A DNA stretch of 64,000 bases, taken from positions 12,586,001 to 12,650,000 of the forward strand of contig CM068750.1 in assembly GCA_035084275.1 (NCBI GenBank), in the 5' to 3' direction. How positions within the stretch are numbered: position 1 is the first letter of the stretch; each line of letters begins with the position of its first letter. The notes under the pieces are model-generated. The model was not told the DNA's origin. It ran no database searches and saw only the letters and a program-made list of their open reading frames with translations. The stretch comes from Hydrolagus colliei. Taxonomy: Eukaryota. This document shows, one piece after another, positions 53,050 to 64,000 of the stretch. Position numbers and translations under genes: made by a program.

Positions 53050-56000
53050 CACTTTGCTCAGTGATAAAAAGCCAAGTACCCAGACAAGAAACACCCTATT
53101 GTTCTTGGTTTTCTATTTTTTTCTGCAGTTAGATTATTAACAAAATGGAAAATCGGTTTAGGGAAAATATTCTCTCTTTTTCACTATTTGCAATATTGTC
53201 AATGTAATTTATATGTTTGTGCTGTTATTTACAGTAAAGGGTTAATTCATTAGATTGTATTGTTGTCGAATCAGTTGATACAAACATGCAAAATATTTAA
53301 ATTCCGCTAACCATTCTATGTTGCAGCCTCGTTAAAATAGACATAACTGTCTGTGTAAGGCATATTTACATTGCATTTATAAAGTTGGTCACTCTTAAGT
53401 TGCAGTTACGAGCAATTTGCTTTCATAGAAATAAATAAGTGATAAGGCGCCTTATCAATTGAAAGTATTATTAATAACGTTATTGTTATTGTAATATCTA
53501 GCTGTATCGTTAATTCAGTGTGAAATGTGAATACACGTTTTGATCGCAGCGTAAAGAATTGCAGAATCAAAGGTTGGATGATAGAATTATCAAAACAAAA
53601 TGCAAATTAAGCCTTTGTAAACCTTCCTATATATCACTGAATCCTATAAAGAAAAAAAAATGAGGCGACTTGCATTTAAGTTGCAAACTTCTTTATCTTT
53701 CTTGGAGCTATCTATGATGGGTTTATTTCTAGATACTTAAAATAAATGGTTTTTATTCGCCACGCATCATAAACCTTTTCTGTTACAAGTGAAAGCGCCT
53801 TCCTCAAGAGGCAGCTCAGCTCTGGGCTCTTCAGAATATGGCATTCACAGACGAGATGGGGTTTGGGGGCTGATGGTGGGTGGGGGGGACACTCAAAACT
53901 CCATTCTCTCAGGGAAATCCCGCAAGTAGAGGCTTTCTGCGGTTTACATACCATTCGGTTTTCATATAGGACTTACCGCATGCTCGCACATTAAGTGACT
54001 TTCAATGTAATAATTATCTTATTTTTTAATCGAAACATTCCAATTTAATTTGTGCAGAAAAATGTACTGTAGAACCAGACCTGGGATTTTTTTTTTCCAA
54101 AGCAATAATGCTGAACTTCTTCAATCCTTTTTTTTGTTGAAAATCTTGTGTTGTCCTGGTTCTGATGAATGATGTGGCAGAAGTAGAGGTACCCAGGTAG
54201 GTCAAAAAGGTTCCATCAGTGTTTGTTAAAAAGGTGCGCCTGAAGCTCTCAGTTAACATGTACTCTCACAGAAAGGGCTGGATCTATATAACATTGTATC
54301 ACCGTTTTGATCGCTGCTGTTTCTTTGCAAAAACTGAACAAAAATGCACTAAGCATTAGCTAGTGATATATACATAAAACCCTTTATTGTAGTTAATTTA
54401 AATGAAAATGTTCTAGTTTCACTGGACACAGAGTAAACAATAATACAAAACTTAAATTAATATACTTTACAAGCTATGGCTTGATGCGGCCTAATTCAAT
54501 GTTCCGGAATCGTGAATTGGACTAAAATCGACAGATTTTTCCGGAAATAACAATCTATATTTTTCTTTAAAAATAGCCATTTGGATGAATTCAGTTGGAT
54601 GTGATTGTTTGGCCTTCATGCCTCACTGTTCATATAATCGGTATGATCGCTACCTTTCGAAGTCAGATGTGAAGTTTTATTCAGATAATACACAAATATT
54701 GTAAATCCTTCCAAATGCAAGGACAGTTATTAAAATTTACATGATTATATGGCGCATGGTTTTATTTTCTTCCATTGTATGTATGCGCTTCGTCGAAAAT
54801 TGATTTAAATTTTTCGCCTAGTGTAATACTTGGCGAAATTTCTTTGTTGCATCTTTACCAAGTGCGGAAATGTTAAATAATATGTTTTGTGTTATAGAAA
54901 AAAATATTCCAGCAAAAACGTTAGTGAAACGCACTTTGAAGTTGTAACCAGACTGAATAGAGAGTACAAAACAAACACCGATGACGCTTGAAGCTAAGAA
55001 TTTAAATGAATTGCTTGCCATAGAAATGTCGACAAAAAAAAATGCAATATGATTGCAGTACATGAATCGAGTGCAGGCAATGTTCTCAGACAACTCGTTA
55101 GGTGAAGGCAAAGGGCTACGCGCGTTTGCGGTATTTATCCTTGTGTGTGTGAGCGCAGCTATTTACTGCTGATAGCAGATGACAATTATATTGAAATCTG
55201 GTGATTTGTAGAACAAAACTCTGCTTCCTACATAACCCACTCTCACTGAATCTATAATAACATGAATTTCTTCGTTTTCTTGTGTCGCCAAAGGAATGTA
55301 GTGAAGTGGCGGAGTCTTTTTTATTTTGTTACTGAGCTAATAACTAGAGAGAGAGAGAACCATCGCTCACGATCCCTTTGCCGCCTGACTGATATTCAGA
55401 GCCTTATAACGGGGCTAAGATTATTATTTAAAACACAATAACTAGTTTTGTTGCAAGATGTGATAAGGCCCTCTCTCAAAGGCGAGGATTATTTTTTGTT
55501 GTTTATTTCACGTATTCCTGTCGTTTCACTTGTCGTCTACAAATCCGTACCTTGGATTCAAAAATGGAATCCATTTCGAAGCAGTAAATAACTATACAAA
55601 TTACAAAGACTAACCCATGTTTTTTTTAATCGTTTGAACAAGGCGAAATCTTTCATTTGCAAACGCTTTCGCTTTCATAACACATTTAGCGGATCCAGAA
55701 CAGGCATTGAATTCAGGAAAACTTTCGCCGATAAACCTTCTAATCTATTACATCATCTAATGTAGCAAAATTGATATTGCCAATGGTTGAGTTTACAACA
55801 TGCATTTCTATGAAACTAAAGCTGATAGGCCGCTGATTTAATAACATGTCTCTCGATTCTTTTGTAATAATTATGTTTAGCTAAAATGCCATTTTCGGCC
55901 TTGATTTGGTTAGTCTTATTTTCATCGTTTCAAAATCCAGTGAAGAAATGTGTCAGATGTGTTACACGTCGCAGCAGAACATCAATTTTGTTTTCTATTT

Positions 56001-59000
56001 GCATTTCGTAAAACTGTGAATTCATTTCGGGTGCAATGTTCTGTTTATTTAACATCAACGTGGCATGGTACCTGTTCTCGCTAAGTTTATTTATTGTACA
56101 GAATTATGGTGCACTGTAATCCGTACAGAATCCACCCAAAATAGCCAGTTGAACAATGATTTGTTAAACAGTTGACGTAAGAAACTGAAAATAACGAGGT
56201 TATCCTCATAACATAGTAGATGAACAGGACTGAAGGTTATGCACCCTATAAATCTTGACATACATTTCTTGTTTGTTGTTAAATAATTCATTGCTCTATT
56301 CACCCAGGATGTAAACGCTAAGGGAGTGTGTGGGGTGTGGGGGGGGGGGGGGGGGGGGGGGGTCGGGGTAATTCCAAGATTATTGAAATGAAGTGGTGTT
56401 ATAATAAATCAAATAGTACGAATTATCTCGTGTTGGAAGTCATCAAAAAGAAGCAACTTATGTTTTTTTTTAAAAAGGCATGGAATGTGGAGTCAGTGAT
56501 ATTGAAATGAAGGCAAATCAGCCAGAATTGGCCGCCAGTGTTTCCCACATGACCTGGAAATGAAACGCTAATTACAAGCTGGCGACCCAAACATCATCAA
56601 AACAGATTGGAGGGAGATCCGCTTGTTGCCGCGTTTCTATGAATGTCATTATCTCCTGTTAGTTTTGATATGAAATGTACTTTTCCGGCTTACTAATTAT
56701 TAATGAACTTGCGGGTGTCAACTCGAGTGTTAAATTTCCACCTTTCAGTCAACAGAAATGTAAACGTTTGGGGGAAGAAAGGAGACGTGAACCCGAAACA
56801 GTTCATTTGCGGATGGTGTTAAGTATTCAATGGAAGGAAGGGTAAATCTTGTCCACGCTGTTTAATAATTCCCTTTCACTTTTCAAATTATTTACTGCAC
56901 GGAAATTTCGGAAAGCATTTTGACTTAACTAAATGGATTTTTTTTCCCCATCAAAATCGTATACCTACCAGAATGTTGCATATTGAAACTAACCGAAATG
57001 AAATCTACACACTACTCTCTTAATCGTAAACTTTTGATCAGAAATATGGCCGCATGAAGTCATATACTGTAAGTATGCCAATGCAAAGCTTGAAGATAGT
57101 CACTGAATAATTGTGCCATTTCATTACATTTCCAGGAAACATCACTCATATATATATATTTAGATATACTTATATATAACAATTTCTCCCATTACATTGA
57201 TACATTTATATTAGGTCTAAATCGCATTACTTATAGCGAGCAAGACAGAAGTACTTTGAATTATATCTTTAGCTTATAAATTGCACAGTAAGTGATTAAT
57301 TGTTGTCAGGTTGGCGTTAATAAACTCGGGACCCGACAGTAATAGGGTCAAACATTAATATTCTGACTTTAATTACATGATATGGGGGAGCTCAGAAGGA
57401 TTTTTTAATGAGCGCATAATAGGTTTATATCGTTATGTAAAATTATAAATCGAGGACGGCTGATTCTTTGTATTCAGCGTCACATCTCTGCCGGATTTAG
57501 TCAACAGCATTAATGGACATCTTCGCAATTCCACGTACCGCCTGTTTTTTTTAGAAAGAAAAGCATCACTGAGCTATTTATTTGGCTGACTGGCTGGCAG
57601 CTATCAACAGATATAATGTTCGAGTACAGTCAATGGTAGTCTAATTTGTCTAAAGATCGCTGCAGTGACAAACAACTCAAATCTCGTGATTTTCTCTCCC
57701 CCCTCCCCCCCCCCCCCCCCCCCCCGCGGAGACATGAAGCTCCCCCATTTGTTCGCTTCAATAAGGCGATTCTATGCAAGTCATTGAAGCTATTGTTGGG
57801 AGAAATCAGCGGCAAGACCCAGACGAAGAAGAGTACCGCTCTCTGGGTTTCTGTTTGGGCAATTTACAATGGTAACACAATTATCCAGCACAGACACTCA
57901 CAAATGGCAAAAGTTGGGAAATAGATCGACCCCACTCAGATAAAGAAGGGCCGGGTTGCTGCGCAGGTCTTCTTCAGTTAGGCTTCTTTTCAATGCAAGG
58001 TTTGAGAAGGCTTCCAACCGCTGATTCGGATTCAGCCCACATAGTCAGTTTGTGTCTTATTTCCATTTGAAAAAAAACCCAGCGCATTTGCAATCATGAG
58101 AGCTGGTGAGACGGTGAATGATACAGCGAGTGAATGCAGAAATGCAAAGTCGTGATAGCCGTTGGGAACGCATACGTAAAACGTTTTATGACTTAAAAAG
58201 TGTTCACAGCACCCGCGTCGCCACCATCGAGACTGAGCGATGGCACAGTTATCATATCAGCCATTTAACGTGGGATGCCTGATTTTTGGAAGACAAGTTG
58301 TTGGTTTAATGGGTACCAAAGTAACCTGGTTTCCCAGGTGCCTCTGATACGTTGCGCTTCTCCAGGGTCAACTTCATAAACCCGGTCTCAGATTGGTTAA
58401 TACTTTGCCGTTCAGAAAATTAACTGGCTTCCAAATCCAGGGATTACCCCTCATAATAACGTGGAAATTTCATTCAATTTAAAGTAACTGTCAGCATTAC
58501 TTCAAGGTGGAGATCGTATGTGGTTCATCGAATTCATTAGTTTACTTCAAGTGAAACGCACACGCAATGATCTAATCACCCAAATGAATGATTTATGTTA
58601 CAAAAAACTAGTGATCCATATATATATTTTTTTAAAAGTTGAAGTGTGACTCTTTTGAGTGTCCAGCAGATGATAAACCTTCACCCGGAACCGACAATTG
58701 GCGAATGTCCCACAAGCACAAAACGGCTGTTTTGCATTTTATTTACTGTAGTCGAAAGTAAACACAAGGCTGAAGCTGATTTTGCTGTCAATCATACATT
58801 TGCAATATATCAGAATACGTTGGTACCATGTAATCCAGGCCGTATCACTGTATATTTTCATCCTATATCGGTTTTAATCTCTTCTCTTCATTATTTAAGA
58901 CATTTCGAAGTTTGTCACAGAAACAACTTATTGCTGTAACTAACACGATTACTGAAATAAATGGTGGGAACTGAACGATTTATTTTTTAGAAGGGAAATC

Positions 59001-59428
59001 CAGTGAACTTTTCTTTCTCTGAGACTTCCAAAGTTAGCGATGCCATCATGAAACTTCTAATGCATTTAGCTGATTATATCGAACACCCTTTTTTTCGTAA
59101 CAAAAGAAAGAAAAACAGGGAATCTAGGTGATTTTGGCAGAGATGCTTCTCCTTCTGAAAGTTTCTAGTGAATGCCTGGACGTTGGAGGGAAAACAAATA
59201 AGAGATTTAATGCCATTGTCGCCATTTGGTTGGTGTATCTATTATTAACGCTGATTTTAATTCACCGGAAAAGAATTGTCGGTAAATAGGTATAAAATAG
59301 TAATGGTTGGGAAGTGTTTAGATGGTATTCAGCTGTTCTCAGCACGCGTTCATCAAGTGTAGAGATTCTCCTCAGGGCTGAGTGGAATTTATTCGGCACC
59401 TAAGGTAAAATGGCAGCGTTTATCAGCC

Positions 59429-59478
59429 ATTGTCAGTGAGTATTGAAGGTCTGATTGTCAGTGAGTATTGAAAGTCTG
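59429..59478. repeat. 25-bp tandem duplication
   Basis: attgtcagtgagtattgaaggtctg followed by attgtcagtgagtattgaaagtctg (1 mismatch). Confidence 0.95.
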
Positions 59479-62054
59479 ATTTTTCCGGATCATTTTCTAA
59501 ACGTGCACATAAACATCTCCAATTTCTATAATTTTCTAATGGAATCCGGTTGAGGCCGGATGATTGAGAAACGATTGCTTTTCCATTAGACTCCGGCACA
59601 TCTCTCTTCCCCCCCCCCCCCCCCCCCCCCTCACTCCTCCAGGGCATTCCTGGAGCTTTGCAGAATGACCACGGATTACATTTGCATATCTTTAGACTCT
59701 CTGTGTGGTCTTTGTGAGCTGCTTGTAACTGTTGAAAATTACTGTTGGAAGCGTGTGTGCACACTCATCTCTACCCCCTTAAAGGTGGCGTGTAAAACGC
59801 GGGCTAGTGAGTGGATATCTGGCATTAATTGAGGGGGTTATGCAAGAAATTCACTCAACAGCCAAAGCAATTCGAGGCCAGTCTCAATGCAATACCTCAG
59901 GTTTACAATCTGCACAAACCTACAGCAAAGTTGTATACAAAGATACTAAGATGGTTTCCTTGTTTAAGATGAATTTCATGACGTTTTTGTTAACCGGAAG
60001 CGTTGTTTACATTGCAAATAAATGTTTGCCAACACGATAGAGCCACATAAGCAGCTTTGTGACTGGATATTTCTTCATTTAATATTGAATATGTATGAAA
60101 TTCAGTGTTTCCCTGGGCTCAGGCAAATTGTATTACCTGCATTTTTAAGTTATATGGAATCAATTTTATCGTATCGTAGCTAAACTGTTTGTTAATGTAT
60201 ATTGATTTGGTCTTGAAACTATGAAACTATCTCAGGTATCACTTGCCTCTCGCTCATCCTTGCAATAAGGATTTTTAAAAAATAGTTACGTCAGATGGGA
60301 TTTGAGAAACCTAGTCAGACAAACAGACACATGCCTCGCAATAGTGATGCTCGAGCAATTAAAAGTTGCAAAGATATTTGAGGGAGTTGCATTATATTCA
60401 GGTATAAGTTTAAATATTCAATTATTAATCTAATTGTGTACAGTATGATTAGGAAACGTTCTAGCCAAGGATGCAAACAATGTAGAGTAGGGCGAATTAG
60501 TTATTTTACAGATCGAAGCATGCAATAATCAAATTGTATATACTGTATACAGATAAATATATTCAACTATTATATTTTGAGGACCCCAACATGGTATGTT
60601 AGGATTTTAATTGATTTGATATTTCACGCAAAATGAATAAAATGAAAATCAAACAATGAAAATATTAATATTTACAATAGTTTAGAGCAATTAATAAGAT
60701 AAAATAATGGATTTAGTCAGAGCTGTCTGCTCATGTACCTACACAAATGGCAATGTACATTATTGGGCGGGACACCATTTGTAGCGATTGATATATTGCC
60801 TCTTGAACTCGTACGTGTGAGGTGTATCATATTCGCTTTATAGAAAACACAGCCAATACATCTTTAATGTACAGTTAGTGTATGTTACAGGGTCTTTGGA
60901 TAGGATTCTAAAACATAAACTAGATTTCCTTATTGTAAGATATAATTGTAGAAATAGTTCATTTTACTGTATGTTTAGTTTCCCACTCTGCTACCCGAAA
61001 CCTCTGTGCAACCTGCCCACCCAGGTGTGGATGCTATGTGAAGAAAACCGGATCAGTTGTGCCTCAAATGCTCTGTTTACCAATAGCCTGTCAACAGTCA
61101 CTGACTAGGTTCGCATGTGAATAATGCTTAATTGGGTGAGATACCACAGGGTGCTTAAGCACTTGCGGAATCATATACAGTATTTGTAGAAATAAAATTT
61201 ATCCCAATGCCTTCAGGAGAACTTATGGGAAGAATATTGGAGGAGAACATATTGCAAAAACGAGTCCATTAATGTCAGAATACTGTCTTACATTGCTTTA
61301 TGTTTGCCAAATCATGTGTGAAATTGTGAATGTTTCACAATGGTGATAAATTATAAGTCTATACACTTCTTACAGACAATGAATACAATGTGTAGGAATT
61401 TCAGAGATATTTAGTCCCAAACATAAATATACACATTTAAGATACTGCAGCTATAATGTCCCAAACACAAGAAAAATAATCCTTTTAGAAAAGTCTTCAT
61501 CACTTTCACAACTTTTGCAACGAAAAAATAATTGTTAACTGCAATGTAAATATTGCACATAATACAAGACAGTAACATTGTGATTATAAACTTACAGCTA
61601 TACAAATTTAGGGATCATTTATGAAAATATGCTAAAATGTAAACAAAGACATGAAGAATTCACTATATATGGGAGAAAATGCACTGCATTTTAAAATTTA
61701 AATTTGTGCACAAATAGTTCAAAATTCTGCCAATTAAATTATGATTTTTGTCATTCCTAAACCTTGAATCTGTAAATTTCAATTACAAAAAGCACCTGTG
61801 GCAAACTTTGAAAATATGTTTGCAGGAATAATGATGTGGAAGAAATGTGCTTACTGGATTCCATTGGTAAGGCATGCAATGTAAAAGAATATAATTAAAT
61901 CTCTGCAGTTCTAAGTTCTGGAACTTGCTGTCTCTATCCATCTAATAATAATCCTTGATTTAGTAAAAAAAAATGCAAGGATTATTATCTGCCTTGCCCT
62001 ACCTATCTATCTTCAAGTTGCAGAATAAAATCTACCTACACCACAATCACATTT

Positions 62055-62202
62055 CCCACTTCTCCTTCTTCCTAGCTCAGCATTCAACCTTAAGAGCACT
62101 TTATAAACATAAGCTCACATTTCCCCTCTGAACACTTATGAAAGGGCTCCAAGATGCCACCCCGCATGAGTGAGCGCTATACAAATGCAAGTTGTTGTTG
62201 TT
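62055..62202 (+). mobile_element. L2-type 3' UTR/tail remnant
   Basis: ...gagcgctatacaaatgcaagttgttgttgtt. Confidence 0.55.
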
Positions 62203-62699
62203 CATAGAACTCCAAAACTTAAGTAAATGTCCAATTGCACAGAATAAAGAATTGCACATTGTCCAGTCCCCAGTTTTAAACCATAATGACCTATAGTAAT
62301 AATTTCCATCAGTTAAAAACAACCTGATCTAAATTCAGATAATTTATTTCAAGAGCAAACTTTAAGGCGGAACACTCAAATTAAACTTAAACAAATAAAT
62401 TCACAACAACTTGCATTTATATAGTGCCCTTCATGACAGATGCTTGAACTTCATAAAGAAAACATTCAACTGAATAAACACATGAAATTAAATGTTCATA
62501 AAGTTACTTGCTCAGCTTGCAAATTTCCAAAAATACACTACAGCACTTTCTGAATGTCACATGTGTAATGTGTAGGCAATCTTCTGTATATGTTGGAAGG
62601 TGTCATCCGAATTGTTTCCGGCTCAGTTGGTACCATGTTAACCTCTTCAGAAAATTATGGGTTCACGTCAGAACTTTGAGCACATTGTCTGTATTGATA

Positions 62700-62765
62700 T
62701 TCCAATGCAGTCCTGGGGGAAGCACTGCATTGCCTGAGGTGCCATCTTTCAGATAAGACATAATT
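62700..62765 (+). mobile_element. Old DeuSINE core remnant
   Basis: ccaatgcagtcctgggggaagcactgcattgcctgaggtgccatctttcagataagac. Confidence 0.5.
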
Positions 62766-64000
62766 TGATATCCAACTGAACACCCAAAGAAATGGAGGGA
62801 TTGAGGCTCCCTGTTCAAGAGATTAGGGGCATAGTGGGTGGAAGACTTGGGAAAAGTTGATCTTAAACTTACAATCTTCTGACTCAGTAACCTGTTACTT
62901 TGTGATCCCCTGATCAAATCTGGGTTCATAAACTCGGAGCTATGCATTAAAAGGAAATACAAAAAATTGTCACCTTATGTGACATTAGGTTACCACTTAT
63001 ATAATTTCCTGTGTGTTGCACTGATGGCACTTCCTGTGTACTGAACAAGTGCGCTATGCAAATGGTCTGGATCTCAGTTCTTTTGTGAAGTGATATCAGA
63101 AAGTAGCCTGCCCATATGATCAACTTGCAGGAAGTGATGTCATGCAGCGACCCTAGAAGTGTTGTCTCTTGTGGAAGATGTCCTCTGTGAAGGGTGCTAT
63201 ATTAATGCAAGTTGTTATTTTCAAAAGTCGGAAATACAACTTTCAAACAACTACTAATGAGCTTGCGCATAAACAGTTGTTTGTTGCTTCAATGCTGTGA
63301 GACCTGCCCTCTAGAGAAATGTTATAGCTCCATGAATGATGTGACAACAGATGTATTCTCTTTGATAAATATTCAATATTATTTATCAATAGTCATGTTT
63401 CTATTTCTTATTCATTTTTCCAGATTCAATCATTTGTATCTTGCCAGTCTGTCTGTTTCAATATTAATAGAAACATCAATACATCTTTGTAATTCAATGA
63501 TTTGAGCTTTTCAATCTTAATACAATTAAAATAGATAAGTGTTTCTGCAATATTATTCAACCAGTTTAGACTTTTTTTAAGAAGGTCTAATTTCTATCAA
63601 CCAATATTTATTATCATTGTGAACTTTAGAAATATGTTCTGTTAACTCCGCATGCTTCAGTTCAGTTCATAATTTTTACTTTGTGTTAATTCATGTTGAT
63701 CTTAGGGTAATTTGCCACAAACCTAAAATTAATATATCAAGAATATTGGTTTAATACCAATTCATACAACAAGTAGGATTGCTCTTTTGCAATTCTTAGT
63801 ATGCTTTTAACTGGAAAGAACTTACTGATTTTACGTACAGGATCTTATAGTGCCATGCTATTTAGCTGCTTCCAAGGAGTGTTTTGATGGAGGGCCAAGT
63901 TGATTACCCAGCACACTAGGCAATGTCCAACAAGATGGAGAAAGTGAGGAGCGACATGTAGGATCTATTTATACATATAATTGAAAGGTAAAACTCACAC

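Overview
AT-rich vertebrate genomic DNA. The repeats (tRNA-headed Deu-domain SINEs, L2 LINEs with GTT tails) suggest a cartilaginous fish, probably a chimaera; this is an inference. Two NK2-class homeobox genes lie on the + strand, each with two coding exons: NKX2-8/NKX2-9 (CDS 25314-25527 + 25642-26183, 251 aa) and NKX2-1/TTF-1 (CDS 48977-49346 + 50343-51007, 344 aa). This is the core of the conserved PAX9-NKX2-8-NKX2-1 block; PAX9 is not visible in the window. The rest is non-coding: three decayed L2 fragments at 13.4-19.7 kb, many young and old SINE remnants, microsatellites, G/C homopolymers and several motif-dense enhancer candidates, including a perfect GLI site 1.2 kb upstream of NKX2-8. 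The most notable unexplained signals are (i) alternating CpG-retaining and CpG-depleted domains, partly mirrored in SINE copies; (ii) an orphan promoter/first-exon-like unit at ~9.9-10.04 kb, between an old DeuSINE and a degenerate ~45-bp tandem array; (iii) an in-frame stop that rules out a mammalian-type long NKX2-1 isoform; and (iv) CTCF-like sites between the two genes. I see no convincing new protein-coding system. Repeat boundaries are approximate and family names come from recalled consensus similarity, not from a search.
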